64,000 bases of DNA from Squalus acanthias. Its lineage: Eukaryota. Shown piece by piece: positions 38,290 through 51,459 of this stretch (the first letter of the stretch is position 1; each line of letters opens with the position of its first letter). Below the pieces are notes generated by a model. That model had not been told where the DNA came from and ran no database searches. It was given only the letters and a program-made list of their open reading frames with translations. The position numbers were made by a program, and so were the translations under genes. The stretch covers positions 8,744,001-8,808,000 of the forward strand of contig CM059433.1 in assembly GCA_030390025.1 (NCBI GenBank). Direction: 5' to 3'.

Positions 38290-39021
38290 GAGCCAGCATG
38301 GACTTGTGATGGGTAATGCATGTCTGACTAATCTCTCGTTTCATTTTTTGAGGAGGCCCCAAGCACGGTGGATAGGGGAGGGTCTACATATGTTGTCTGT
38401 ATGGACTTCCAGAAGGCATTTGATAAGGTTCCACACAAGAGATTATTAGAAAAAAATGAGAGTGCACAGAATTGGTGGAACTGCGTTCAGTTCTGGTCAC
38501 CACATTACAGGAAAGATGTGATTGCACTAGAGGGGGTGCAGAGGAGATTTACGAGGATGTTGCCAGGACTGGAGAATTTTAGCTACAAGGAAAGATTGGA
38601 TAGGCTGGGGTTTGTTTTCTTTGGAACAGAGGAGGCTGAGGGGAGACCTTATTGAGGTATATAAATTATGAGGGGCCTAGATCGAGTGGATAGGAAGGAC
38701 CTATTTCCCTTAGCAGAGGGGTCGATAACCAGGGGACATAGATTTAAAGTAATTGGTAGAAGGATTAGAGGGGAGTTGAGGAGAATTATTTTCACCCAGA
38801 GGGTGGTGGGGGTCTGGAACTCACTGCCTGAAAGGGTGGTAGAGGCAGAAACACTCACCACATTTAAAAAGTGCTTGGATATGGACTTGAAGTGCCGTAA
38901 CCTACAGGGCTACGGACCAAGGGCTGAAAAGTGGGACTAGGCTGGAGAGCTCTTTGTCGGCCGGCACGGACACAATGGGCCGAATGGCCTCCTTCTGTGC
39001 CGTAAATTTCTATGATTCTAT
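38290..39021 (+). mobile_element. CR1 fragment with internal deletion
   Basis: [16 protein letters not shown] joined to CVQFWSPHYRKDVIALE; (ttctatga)n tail. Confidence 0.85.
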
Positions 39022-39880
39022 GGCCGCGATTTCCCCAACCTCAGCAGGTCAGTGGCGGGTCCCAGCCTCGCTGCTGGCTCCAGCCCGCTGTCCCAAATGA
39101 TTTTACATTGATTGGACTTGTTAAGCCCGCCCAGCGCATTTGCCAGCTAATTGAAGGAAGTGGGTCTGATGACGTCACTTGATGATGCGTCATCAGCCGG
39201 TTTCCTTAAAGGGACCATGCACAAATTTACTTTGGCATTTGTGCTGTCAGTTTTCTACAGCATTGAGGGGCTGCAAACACTGACAAGCACTGCACAGAAG
39301 CACAGGGCTGCACCCAGACTCTCCCATGACTCCCTCCATATGCTTATGGAGAGAGTCACAGCACCCAGGGAGGTTCTCTTCCCTTCCAATGGGTGGAAGA
39401 GTCCTCTCCGGCAGACTAACGCAGCCTGGTTGCACATTGCACAGGAGGACACAAGCAGGGATGTCTTCAGGAGGACCAGACTGCAGTGGCGCAAACCTTT
39501 CAATGATCTCAGTAGATCACGAAACGTTACTGCAAAGCCACACTCAACCTCATCCTGCTGTGCCACTCAGCACATCCCCATCACTCTGCCTTCCCTACCC
39601 TACTCCTGCACATCCTTACTCACACCAACTTACCTTGCACCTCCACCCATCCCTCTCTATCTACATTATCACTTCCCCATCTCACTAGCCACCTCTCACA
39701 CTCACCCTCATCCTAGTCCAATCACACCAACTAACAACACACAAGGGTAGGCACTTGGGTGTTTTATGCAGCCTTTATTTTCAACATTTTGCGTTCTTGG
39801 ACAGATTTGTGTGCACCTTTAAAAGTGGCTTAGTGAGTTGCAGTGAATGGTGAGACATAACGGTACCCCCCACAATGGTC
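39022..39880 (+). mobile_element. PIF/Harbinger derivative with Myb/SANT-like ORF remnant (truncated copy)
   Basis: Starts ggccgcgatttcccc; AAPRLSHDSLHMLMERV..REVLFP..AWLHIAQEDTSRDVFRRTRLQWRKPFNDL; reverse complement of ~26720-27560. Confidence 0.7.
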
Positions 39881-40084
39881 ATGGGTTGGTAATAGATTGG
39901 GAGGTAGGAGACAGAGAGTAAGGATAAAGGAATGTTATCTGATTGGCAGGATGTAACAAGTGGTGTTCCCCAGGGATCTGTACTGAGGCCTCAGCTTTTC
40001 ACCATATATATTAATGACTTGGATGAAGGAATAGAGAGTTGGTTATCCAAGTTTGCAGATGACACTAAGTTAGGAATCACAGTA

Positions 40085-40439
40085 CAGGAAACTCTCGTTT
40101 AAACGGCACCTAAATATCCGGAATTCTCTAATAACCGGCAGAATTCATACTCCGAAAACTACAGTATACAGTCGTTTATAAGTTTTATTTTACTGTTAAG
40201 TAATTAAAGAGTTATGGATTACCCTCAAGTGGCATTACTGTACTTAATCAAGCATCTTCCACCATCCATTTAACACAACATTCTGTAGGGGAGTACCCAA
40301 TTATACTGCACATTTCTTGATTTTTTTATTTTTGTTTGTTAAAAATAGCCTCGGTGGATATACCTCTCCGTTATCCGGAATTTTTAATCAACCGGCACCA
40401 TCCTGGTCCCGTCGGTGCTGGATATGAGAGAGTTTCCTG
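40085..40439. mobile_element. pogo/Tigger-like MITE
   Basis: TA|caggaaactctc..gagagtttcctg|TA; ends shared with 21634-22060 but the middle differs. Confidence 0.85.
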
Positions 40440-40516
40440 TAAGTTGTATAGATCGGAGTAGAAAGTTACAAAGGGGACATAGACAGATTAAGTGAGTGGC
40501 TATGACAGATGGCAAT

Positions 40517-40806
40517 ACGGTGGCATAGTGGTTAGCACTATTGCCTCACAGCGCCAGGGACCCGGGTTCGAATCCGGTGACTGTCTGTGTGGAGTTTGCA
40601 CATTCTCCCCGTGTCTGCGTGGGTTTCTTCCGGGTGCTCCGGTTTCCTCCCACAGTCCAAAGATGTGCGGGTTAGGTTGATTTGGCTATGATAAATTGAC
40701 CCTTAGGGTTAGGGGGATTAAATACGTAGGGATAGGGTGGGATATGTGTCGGTGCAGGCTTGATGGGCCGAAATGGCCTCTATCTGCACTGTGGGGATTC
40801 TGTGAG
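40517..40806 (+). mobile_element. V-SINE (HE1-like)
   Basis: A and B boxes, V-domain, CR1-like tail. Confidence 0.8.
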
Positions 40807-40976
40807 TTTAAGGTGAGGAAGCGAGGGGTCATCCATTTTGGATCTGAGAAAGTCAAATCAGAATATTTTCTTCATGGTGAGAGACCAGGAACTGAGGAGG
40901 AGCAATGAGATTGAGGAATCCATGTTTACAGAGCACTAAAACCTCGTGCACAGGTACAACAAAGTCATTTTTTTTT

Positions 40977-41180
40977 ATGATGTGGAGATGCCGGTGTTGG
41001 ACTGGGGTGGACAAATGTGAAAAGTCGCACAACACCAGGTTATAGTCCAACAGTTTTATTTGAAATCACGAGCTTTCGGAGCGCTGCTCCTTCACCTGAC
41101 GAAGGAGCAGCGCTCAGAAAGCTCGTGATTTCAAATAAAACTGTTGGACTATAACCTGGTGTTGTGCAACTTTTCACTTT
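40977..41180. mobile_element. PLE family B fold-back with hammerhead motif (41092-41128, +)
   Basis: Inverted arms meeting at ~41090; tcac-CTGACGA..GAAA-GC-T-C-gtga. Confidence 0.8.
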
Positions 41181-41336
41181 TTTTTTAAAAGGCGAATGGA
41201 ATGTTGGCCTTTATCTCGAGCTCTATCCCCGCAAGTCTCCATGGACAAGGTGGCACACCTCCGTCAGAGCCATCCTGGTGATCCTGAATCTCCTCCTGCG
41301 CTGCTCCTCCACCATGACTGTTGCAATAGACACAAT

Positions 41337-42121
41337 GGCCCGGATTTCACCGGGCCTGTGACCGCGTACGCACAGCCTGCGCAGGCCGGAAGTGCCCCGC
41401 AAGTTCCGGGCCTCTGCGTGCGCTGCGGTGCGCGAAAAACCCGGGGCTTGCGATCCGTCAAGTTTCAGCTCGACGGATCATCCGTATCCCCGGGAAACGG
41501 GCCCTCGCTGGCACAGGGTTGGGCTATTTGCCCAACTACTCGGCCCAGCGAATGCCCACGAAACTCTTACGCCTGGTAAAAGCAGCCGTGGGACCTTCTT
41601 TTACCAGCGTAAGGGTTTAAATAAATATTAAAATAAATGTTTTTTAAATCATTTAAACATTCAAAAATCTTTAAAATTAGTTTAGGTTATTTTCAGCCCC
41701 CTTTAAAGAATGTTTAAATTTAAATTTCTTTTTCAAAAAATTAAATTTTCGTTTTAAATGTTTAATTAAATTGTATTTTAATTAATTTAAAACATGTGAT
41801 GATTTATTTTTATTTAGGTTGTGTGAAAATATATTTTTTGGGTGATTCCTATTCATGCTCATGGGGATTCCGGACATAAATGGATTCCCCATAAGCATAA
41901 TGGGAATCCCCCTTTGTCATTGGTTGGGTCGGCCCGCGTGATCTCAGGGGCGCTTACGAACCGCCTGCGTCCCCGAGATACGTGGGCCTTTACGCAGGCC
42001 TACGCCCGCAGGCCCAGGACCTCAAGAGTCCCGTGATACGGAGGCACCAGGTGGGTGCGTACTCTTCTCGAGGATCGGAGGCATTCGCCCACGGGAAGCC
42101 TCAGTCCGCAATTTCAGGTCC
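41337..42121 (+). mobile_element. Harbinger-type MITE, H1-related subfamily
   Basis: Diverged TIRs, TSD AAT, same internal layout as 44153-44845. Confidence 0.75.
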
Positions 42122-42148
42122 AATATCTGGGGTAATATACAAAGCAAA

Positions 42149-43278
42149 TCCTCCTCCTCATCATTCTAGTCCTCCTCATCCTCCTCCTCATCCTCCTCAT
42201 CCTCCTCCTCCTCCTCATCCTCCTCCTCATCCTCCTCCCCTCCTCCTCCTCATCCTCCTCCTCCTCATCATCCTCCTCCTCCCCTTCCTCCTCCTCCCCC
42301 TCCTCATCCTCCTCCTCCTTCTCCTCCTCCTCCCCTCCTCATCCTCCCCTTCCTCCTCATCCTCCTCCTCCCCTCCTCCTCCTCCTCCTCATCCTCCTCC
42401 TCCTCCTCCTCCTCCTCCTCATCCTCCTCCTCCCCTCCTCCTCCTCCCCTTCCTCCTCCTCCTCCCCCTACTCATCCTCCTCCTCCTCCTCCTCGTCATC
42501 CTCCTCCTCCTCGTCCTCCTCCTCCTCCTCCCCTTCCTCCTCATCCTCCTCCTCCCCTCCTCCTCCTCATCCTCCTCATCCTCCTCATCCTCCTCCTTAT
42601 CCTCACCCTCCTCATCCTCCTCATCCTCATCCTCCTCCTCCTCATCCTACTCCTCCTAATCCTAGTCCTCCTCCTCATCCTCATCCTACTCCTCCCCTCC
42701 TCCTCTTCCTCCTCCCCTTCCTCCTCCTCCTCCCCCTACTCATCCTCCTCCTCCTCCTCCTCATCCTCCTCCTCCTCCTCCTCCTCATCCTCACCCTCCT
42801 CATCCTCATCCTCCTCCTCCTCCTCATCCTACTCCTCCTCATCCTAGTCCTCCTCCTCCTCCTCATCCTAGTCCTCATCCTAATCCTCATCCTAGTCCTC
42901 CTTCTCCTCCTCCACCTCATCCTAGTCCTCCTCCTCCTCCTAGTCCTCCTCATCCTAGTCCTCATCCTAATGCTCATCCTAGTCCTCCTCCTCATCCTAG
43001 TCCTCCTCCTCCTCATCCTAGTCCTCCTCCTCCTCATCCTCCTCCTCCTCCTCGTCCTAGTCCTCCTCCTCCTCCTAGTCCTCCTCCTCCTCCTCCTCTT
43101 CATCCTAGTCCTCCTCCTCATCCTAGTCCTCGTCCTCATCCTCCTCATCCTCCTCCTCCTCATCCTAGTCCTCCTCCTCATCCTCCTCTTCCTCCTCCTC
43201 ATCCTAGTCCTTGACCTCCTACTCCTCATCCTCCTCCTCTTCCACCCCCTTGTCCTCCCCCTTCTCCTCCTTTCCATC
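42149..43278. repeat. (TCC/TCA/CTAGTC) compound triplet repeat, pyrimidine-rich, 1.1 kb
   Basis: Direct inspection. Confidence 0.95.
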
Positions 43279-43652
43279 TTTGCCTTAAGACATTAAAAAG
43301 CTAACTTCCCTCACCTTTTACTAATGGTTATTTTTGGACGGGCAGGAATCTTCAGAGTAGCAGTAAGAACAGATGAAAGGTCCATTGTCACTTTTTAACA
43401 CTATTGAACTTCTTTTCACTCATGTCTACTTTTTCTTGAGAAAAATCTTGAATCAAGGAAAATATGACCCTAGGTGTACATTTTTGCTTTCATTAATTAT
43501 TAGTGGGGAACACTGCTTTATAATCACTTCTCCTTTTTCACTAAAAATAGTGGATAGAGGAAAATATAGCCCCTGCTTACCTAGTAATAAACAAGAAATG
43601 ACCTCAATGCCAGTTGCACGTCCAACAGGTGGCATATCTTTATTTTTACGGC

Positions 43653-44062
43653 CTTGCATTTATATAGCGCCTTTCATAACCTCAGGGCATCCCAAAACGC
43701 TTTACAGCCAGTGAAGTACTGTTGTAATGTAGGAATCGCGGCAGCCAATTTGCGCACAGCAAGATCCCACTGATAGCAAAGAGATAATGACCAGATAATT
43801 GATTTTTTTTTTAATGATGTTGGTTGAGGGATAAATATTGGTCACAACACCAGGAAGAACTCCCATTGCTCTTCTTTGAATAGTGCAATGGAATCTTTTA
43901 CACCCACCTGAGAGGGCAGACGGGGCCTCTTGGTTTAACATCTTATCTGAGACACTGCACCTTCTGACAGTGTAGCACCCTCTCAGTGATGCACTGGAGT
44001 GTCAGCCTGGATTTCGTGCTCTGGACTTGGACTTGAACCAACGACTTCTGACTCAGAGGCAG
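43653..44062 (-). mobile_element. DeuSINE (SacSINE1-like)
   Basis: Similarity to other copies in the window. Confidence 0.75.
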
Positions 44063-44152
44063 TAGGACTATCCTCATAGCCCCCCCCCTCACCTCACCCA
44101 GATAGATTTAACAAGTCGGTAGTCCTATAGTGAGTATGCTCTGCAACTCATT

Positions 44153-44845
44153 GGGCCGTAATTTGCGGCCCCGAGGGGTGCGTACGAGGTGCGCACGCGC
44201 CCGTGAGGGCCTCGCAAGTTCCGGGTTCAGGCAAGCGCTGCGCATGCGCTAAAACCCGGAACTTGCATCTTGACAGATCCTCCGCCTCCCCAGGAACAGG
44301 GCCTCTGTGGGCGGAGAGTTGGGCTATCTGCCCAGCGAATGCCCGTGAAACTCTTACACCTGGTAAATGCCGGCGTAAGGCCTGATTTTACCAGCGTAAG
44401 AGTTTTAAAAAACACAAAAATAAAATTTTATCAACAATTTATACATTTAAAAACCTGTGAAATAAGGTAAGTTTATTTTTAGCCCCTTTAAAACATGTAA
44501 ATTTATTTTTCAAAAAATTACATTTTTGTTTTAAATATTTAATTAAATGCTATTTTGATTAATTTTAAATATGTGAGTTTTAAAAAATTATTTATTTAAA
44601 GTGTAGAGGTCTTTTTTGGGGTATTCCCATTCATACTTATGGGGTTTCCGTACATACGGAATCCCGATAAGAATGAATGGGGATTTCCCTTCTGTCATTC
44701 GTTGGGCCAGCCCACGCGATCCCAGGGATGCTTGCGAACCGCCTGCGCCCCTGGGATACGTGGGCCTCCACGCAGGCCTGCGCATAGAGGCCCAGGAGCG
44801 TGGGTCTCCGTGGATCCTGAGGCAGAAGCCCGCAAAGTCAGGCCC
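44153..44845 (+). mobile_element. Harbinger-type MITE, H1-related subfamily
   Basis: gggccgtaatttgcgg/ccgcaaagtcaggccc, TSD ATT, hairpin at ~44623-44684. Confidence 0.8.
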
Positions 44846-45124
44846 ATTGTTGTCAATATGGCGTGGCTCATGGAGTTCACGAGTTCAAATAACCCTTCCT
44901 GGGCCTAATGCTGCTCGAGGCCGAAGCCATGTGCATAGAATTGCTAGTTGGTAACATAATTGGCATTGTTGAAACATTACCACATACCGAGGTATTGTTG
45001 AATTTAACAATTTCTGAGGCAAGAATTTATACTTAATTGACATGCCTCGTCATTTCTCTTTGTATATTTTGTCAGAAGTGAATTGGTGGTTGGGTTCATT
45101 GAAATGGGATGGCACATCACTTTT

Positions 45125-45680
45125 TTTTAATTCGTTTTTTATGGGATGTGGGCGTCGCTGGCAAGGTCAGCATTTATTGCCCATCCCTAGTTGCCCTTGA
45201 GAAGGTGGTGGTGAGCCGCCTTCTTGAACCGCTGCAGTCCGTGTGGTGAAGGTACTCCCACAGTGCTGTTAGGTAGGGAGTTCCAGGATTTTGACCCAGC
45301 GACGATGAAGGAACGGCGATATACTTCTAAGTCAGGATGGTGTGTGACTTGGAGGGGAACTTGGAAGTGGTGGTGTTCCCATGCGCCTGCTGCCCTTGTC
45401 CTTCTAGGTGGAAGAGGTTGCGGGTTTGGGAGGTGCTGCTGAAGAAGCCTTGGTGAGTTGCTGCAGTGCATCTTGTAGATGGTACACACTGCAGCCACGG
45501 TACGCCGGTGGTGGAGGGAGTGAATGTTTAAGGTGGTGGATGGGGTGCCAATCAAGCGGGCTGCTTTGTCCTGGATGGTGTCGAGCTTCTTAAGTATTGT
45601 TGGAGCTGCACTCATCCAGGCAAGTGGTGAGTATTCCATCACACTCCTGACTTGTGCCTTGTAGATGGTAGAAAGGCTTC
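45125..45680 (-). mobile_element. CR1-group (Zenon-like) LINE 3' fragment
   Basis: ORF 45187-45735 IYKAQVRSVMEYSPLAW... Confidence 0.8.
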
Positions 45681-46354
45681 GGTGCTCCAACAGCTGTACT
45701 TGTGAATCCCCACTTGACAAGTTCCCCAATCTCAATCATACCATTGGGGGAAGGTGCACAGGAAAGACTACAGACTACCCTCCCACCCCCGCACACACAC
45801 ACACACAGGGATGGAAAGGAAATGTACAGGCAAATCTACTCCACAGTCAGGCCATTTTAACTCACCTCCCAGCCTCCAGCTCCATAACATTCCTGATAGC
45901 AGTTCTCAGGCCCGTCTCCTCAGCCGAGGAACAAAGTGTGGAACAAGAAGGCTTGAAGTAGGCGGTCAGCTTATCCCGCATGAAGAAGATTCTCCTGTGT
46001 AGTTACCCAATCACCTACAAAATTCATACCTTTGTTCATCATTCAACAAATTGTCCAGTAAATCTTAAGCAATGCTCCATCTCCTCCAGGACAGATGCAG
46101 ACATGTCCCAGGTAGTGTTATATTCTATGCGAGCACTATCCTTAATGCTTCTGATCCAGGCAGCAGCCTTCCGTGACTTGTGTGAGTGTCATTTGGGAAA
46201 TCAAAAGCTGCTCTTATTGGAAAATGACAAGTTGTTTTATTTCAAAGAGTTCTCAGCCCACAGTAATTTAATGCTTTTTGCTTCAGACTGGTTGAGTGTA
46301 ATTTAATGACTTGGAACAAAAGAAATGCGCCACAAAGATTGACACAGCGGATTA

Positions 46355-47285
46355 GAAAGAAAGAAAGACTTGCATTTATATAGCGCCTTTCACGATCACT
46401 GGACATCTCAAAGCGCTTTACAGCCAATGAAGTACTTTTGGAGTGTCGTCACTGTTGTAATGTGGGAAACACGGCAGCCAATTTGCGCACAGCAAGGTCC
46501 CACAAACAGCAATGTGATAATGACCAGATAACCTGTTTTTGTTATGTTGGTCGAGGGATAAATATTGGCCCCAGGACAATATTAGCGAGAGGATGTGTAC
46601 CTACCCCCACAATTTTGTACACAGGGGGAAGATTTCTTCCGGGTGCAAGGTGTGGCAAAATCGTAACCCCATTTGTAAAGAACGATTTTGCTAAGAGGTG
46701 GAGAAACTTTCCCCATGCTGAGCTCCCAATCGCTGCTGAGCTGTCGGGGACTAGAGCAGAACCTGAGCACATCCTCAGAAGAAGAGAAGGAAAAAACCAG
46801 CAAGTCATGCTGCCTCCCCTTTCTCTCGGTCAAGTTGTATTTATTCCCGTCAAGCTATATTTCAGCACTTGTGTGCAATTTGGCTCGGGTGGGAGCACTC
46901 CTCCCATAATGTAAGTCGACACTCCAGTGTAATATTGAAGGAGTGCTGCATTATCCAAGGAGCCATCTTTCAGATGAGACGTGGAACCAGGACCCATCGG
47001 CCTGTTTTGATGCTTCGGGTGAAGGTTGAGAACCCATAGTGCTACTCAAAGAACAGCAGCCAATTTTCCCAATATCCTTGCCAACATTCCTCCCTCAAAC
47101 ACCATTAATAATAGACTAACTAGTCATTCGTCGCATTGTTGTAATGGGATCTTGCTGTGTGCAAAGTAACTGCCATGTTTGATTACATAACAATAGCCAA
47201 GGTGCTTCAAGTGATCCAACTCTATGTGAAACATTTTGCAATGTTTCTGATAAGATGCTGTATATATATGCAAGTCTTTCATTTT
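46355..47285. mobile_element. DeuSINE fragments (minus 46355-46578; old plus copy ~46917-47285)
   Basis: Similarity to 51519-52005. Confidence 0.6.
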
Positions 47286-47889
47286 ATTTCTGTATCTATC
47301 TAAACACACTTACTGCAGCATGGGTGTGTTGGCTTTTATTCTGTAATGTAAGAAGGGATTGCAAAAATGGCTGGAAATCCGACGAACTTAATGGCCTAAA
47401 GCATTACGCTAAAGGCCCCCTATTGTTCTAATCACATAATCAACATTGCTAGCACATGAGAACAGATGGCAACCTCCCAAGTTGTAATTGGTCAGATATG
47501 TCGCTGTGAGCGCATTTATACTCTAATGGTGTCCCACTGTACCGAGAAGAACAGAAATCCGTGAAAAATCAATATATCGGTAACATTACACTTCACAAAA
47601 GAGATTCAAGCTCCTAACTTGGTGGACAGCGTTTCAGTCTGCTAGATTTACAGGAGCACCGCGCGGGGCAATTGGCCCAGCTATACCAGCTCCAATGTAC
47701 TTATGCTGCCGGTAATGGGGTGGCTCTTGGCAGCAGTGCAAAGAAAGCACTCAAGACAAGCACTGCTATTTTCCCACTTTCCTGCATCAGCAAGAGGGAA
47801 GCTGCCGCCAGCATTCAGGGTCAGGGACGTGCCAATCTACACCAGGGCAGGTCAATGACCTGTCAAACCATTTGCCTTTTGCACTAAAG

Positions 47890-48330
47890 GAAAGACTTGC
47901 CACCTGTCAAGCCTTTCACAACCACCGGACGTCTCAAAGCGCTTTACAGCCAATGAAGTACTTTTTGGAGTGGAGTCACTGTTGTGATGTGGGAAACGCG
48001 GCAGCCAATTTGCGCACAGCAAGCTCCCACAAACAGCAATGTGATAATGACCAGATAATCTGTTTTTAGTGATGTTGATTGAAGGATAAATATTGGCCCC
48101 AGGACAGTGCCCATGGGGATCTTTCACGTCAAACTGAAAGATCAGACGGGGCCTCGGTTTAATGTCTCATCCGAAAGACGGCACCTCCGACAGTGCAGCA
48201 CTCCCTCCGCACTGCACTGGGAGAGTGTCAGCCTAGCTTTATGTGCTCAAGTCCCTGGAGTGGGGACTGTGAACCCACAACCTTCGGACTCAGAGGCGAG
48301 TGCGCTACCCACCGAGCCACAGCTGACACT
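47890..48330 (-). mobile_element. DeuSINE (SacSINE1-like)
   Basis: Near full-length reverse complement of 51519-52005. Confidence 0.8.
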
Positions 48331-49249
48331 ATCACAACCAGCTCAGTGGAGGAAAGATGATTTAAAAGTTGGAGTTTTATTCTTAAAGAAGAAAAAAATA
48401 AACCAACATTCAGATTCCAGTCCATAGCAGGAATATGGTGACAATTACATCACTTTGCATGGGTACTGAAGCAGAACAAAGACACAGCAAAACTAGTGTT
48501 TGTATTTGAACCAAGTTACCACCATATAAAGGGAAAATTCTCCAACTATATTTTAACTGTTTATTAATTCTGAGCCCTAAAAGCTAACAGCTGCTCAATT
48601 TAAAGAATTGGCAAATAGTATTCCATTTTCTGAATAGACGACTGGAGCGTCTTTATCTGTGGCCTGGCATTGTCTCTTATAGCTTACATTTTTCCCAAAA
48701 CAATTTAACTTCATAGATTAGTTTGTGCGATTCCTTCTAGAGCCCACTCATGAACTATTGGGGTAGATCTCGGGACTGGGCACAGGGTGCACCCACAGGT
48801 GGCAATTGGTCCTCGAGCCTCGTCAGCACACACCCGGCGCCACAAGCATCTGGCCCGAGCAAAGAGATCAATGTCGGGCCACCTGCCTCGTCGACAGCGG
48901 CCCTCGGAGAAGTCCCGGGAGAGGCGGGGTTGGAGGTGCGGCGGGGGCGAACCGTCACAATTCCTGCGGAGCTGGAGGAGCAACTGCTGCTCCTCCTGGT
49001 TCCACGGGAACTATTTCTTCTTAAAGAAGATAGAAAAATTGTACTTGCCTCTCGATGGCGGTCGCAGGGGACGCTGAAGAGTCCAGAGCGGGGCTGGTCC
49101 AATGCCTTATCATTGACTAATGTTTGGATGGGGGGTCCTTCAGCAGGCGTCAGGCTCCTTGCACATGTAAAGAAGGGGCCTGACGCCTGTTTTAGGTGTC
49201 AGCCCGGGATGCTTAAAAAATGGGCCCATGAATTTAGCAGTGGGACCAA

Positions 49250-50140
49250 TGTGGTTGATAATGAAGAAGAAGAAAGCTGCAGGCTGCAGGAAGATATCGA
49301 TGGACTGGTCAGGTGGGCAGAACAGTGGCAAATGGAATTCAATCCGGAGAAGTGTGAGGTAATGCATTTGGGAAGGGCTAACAAGGCAAGGGAATACACA
49401 ATAAATGGTAGGACACTGAGAAGTGCAGAGGATCAGAGGGACCTTGGAGTGCAGGTCCACAGATCGCTGAAGGTAGCAGGACAGGTAGATAAGGTGGTTA
49501 AGAAGGCATACAGGATACTTACCTTTATTAGCCGAGGCATAGAATATAAGAGCAGGGAGGTTACGCTTGAACTGTATAAAACACTAGTTAGGGTGCAGCT
49601 AGAGCATTGCGTGCAGTTCTGGTCACCACATTACAGGAAGGATGTGATTGCACTAGAGAGGGCACAGAGGAGATTTACGAGGACGTTGCCTGGGCTGGGG
49701 AATTTTAGCTATGAGGAAAGATTGGATAGGCTGGGGCTTGTTTTCTTTGGAACAGAGGAGGCTGAGGGGAGACCTAATTGAGGTGTATAAAATTTTGAGG
49801 GGCCTAGATAGAGTGGATAGGAAGGACCTATTTCCCTTGGCACAAGGTTCAATAACCAGTGGGCATAGATTTAAAGTGATTGGTTGGAAGGTTTAGAGAG
49901 GATTTGACGAGAATTTCTTTCACCCAGGGTGGGGGATCTGGAACTCACTGCCTGAAAGGGTGGTAGAGGCAGAGACCCTCACCACATTTAAAAGAACTTG
50001 GATATGCACTTGAAGTGCCGTAACCTACGCTACGGACCAAGTGCTGGAAAGTGGGATTAGGCTGGAGAGCTCTTTGTCGGCCGGCACGGACACGATGGGC
50101 CGAATGGCCTCTTTCTGTGCTGTAAATTTCTATGATTCTA
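49250..50140 (+). mobile_element. CR1 3' fragment
   Basis: LQEDIDGLVRWAEQWQMEFNPEKCEVMHLG..; (ttctatga)n tail. Confidence 0.9.
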
Positions 50141-50747
50141 CGAATACCTGTGCAGATTGGTGTGCTTTGCAACCGTTTTACGCCCGATAAATGGACATAA
50201 TGCATACCAATTTCCACCCCATTGTCTATTTTTCAGCAGAGCTACCCTAAACTTGTACTGGTCCAAGGTATTTCCTGTAACATGCTCTCAGCAGTGCACT
50301 CTATCATTGAAAAGGACGTGGGCCTATGATGCTCTTCTCTGGAGAGCTCAATAGTTAATCCTTCCTGTTCTGTTCTTGACTCAGCATCGTATCTTAACAC
50401 GGAGTTAGGTTTGTAAAGTAGCCTATTTCCAAGCTCCAGTGGCTCAGTGAGTAAATACACTATGTGATGTGGTTCTGAACCACACAGACCAGAAAAGTCC
50501 CTTGTCTGTAACGAGTAAATTGATCTGAGCATAAGCAATGCAACTGACCTCAACATCTCTGGGCTATAAAAAGGCAAAATCAGCCAGAGTCTCAGCTCTG
50601 ATTGCTACCCAATGGCCCCTCAAGGAAAGTGTGGACATCACGCTAGGACAGGACTGGGCTTGGCTCTGCTCCTTCCCACTGCTGAACAGTCTGCCGGCAA
50701 TCACTGTCTAGACTCATGCATGAAGAAGGGTCACTGGGACAGGATAC

Positions 50748-51280
50748 CTTCTTCTTCTTCTTCTTCTTAGCAGTCCCTCGGAACCGAGGATGACTTGCTT
50801 CCACATTAAAAATGAGTTCTCAGGTGACTGATGAGTCCAATGCGGGACCTACAGTCTCTGTCACAGGTGGGGCAGACGGTGGTTGAAGGGGGCGGGTGGG
50901 TGGGGTGCTTGAGTTGACGTGCGCGCCTTCCGCTGTTTCCGCTTGGCTTCCGCTTGCTCCCGGCGTACAGACTCGAGGTGTTCGGCACCTTCCCGGATGC
51001 TTCTCCTCCACTTTGTGCGGTCTTGGGCCAGGGATTCCCAGGTGTCGGTGGGGATGTTGCACTTTTTCAAGGAGGCTTTGAGGGTGTCCTTGAAGCGTTT
51101 CCTCTGCCCACCTGGGGCTCTCTTGCCGTGTCGGAGCTCCGAGTAGAGCGCTTGTTTTGGGAGTCTCATGTCAGGCACGCGGATGATACGGACATCCCCA
51201 GCATTGAAGCTTTGACCACGCTTGATCAGCTCCCATGGATGGGTCACATCGTCCGCATGCCCGATACAAGACTCCCAAAA
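50748..51280 (-). mobile_element. RTE-clade LINE 3' fragment with short inverted 5' piece (~51192-51280)
   Basis: RLPKQALYSELRHGKRAPGGQRKRFKDTLK..CPTCDRDCRSRIGLISHLRTH; (gaa)n tail. Confidence 0.85.
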
Positions 51281-51459
51281 ATTTTGCGAGTATGTGTTGC
51301 TAGCAGGGAGCCTCAAACACCATTGGCACAAATCAGAAATTTAGGTGTACACTGTCCATGATTTTCCACACATTCAATTTGGCAACTTGTAAATCGACCC
51401 CAGGGGGACAATGTCATTAATGGCCTCAAAATGGGGTCAGTGTCAAACGCAAGTATTAA

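Larger units (their letters stand above)
39885..41220 (+). mobile_element. Old CR1 RT fragment with three nested insertions
   Basis: [29 protein letters not shown]; interrupted by a pogo-like MITE, a V-SINE and a PLE fold-back. Confidence 0.75.

Noticed and set aside
41982..43296. Long Pro/Leu/Ser-rich and Arg-rich ORFs (225, 198 and 108 aa)
   Set aside because: They are translations of a triplet microsatellite that lacks stop codons.
48750..49781. 343-aa ORF
   Set aside because: Chance read-through from GC-rich non-coding sequence into a 5'-truncated CR1 ORF2 that is frameshifted at its end.
50430..50740. Possible old SINE-like element (similar words near 52370-52530)
   Set aside because: Too decayed to delimit or classify by eye.
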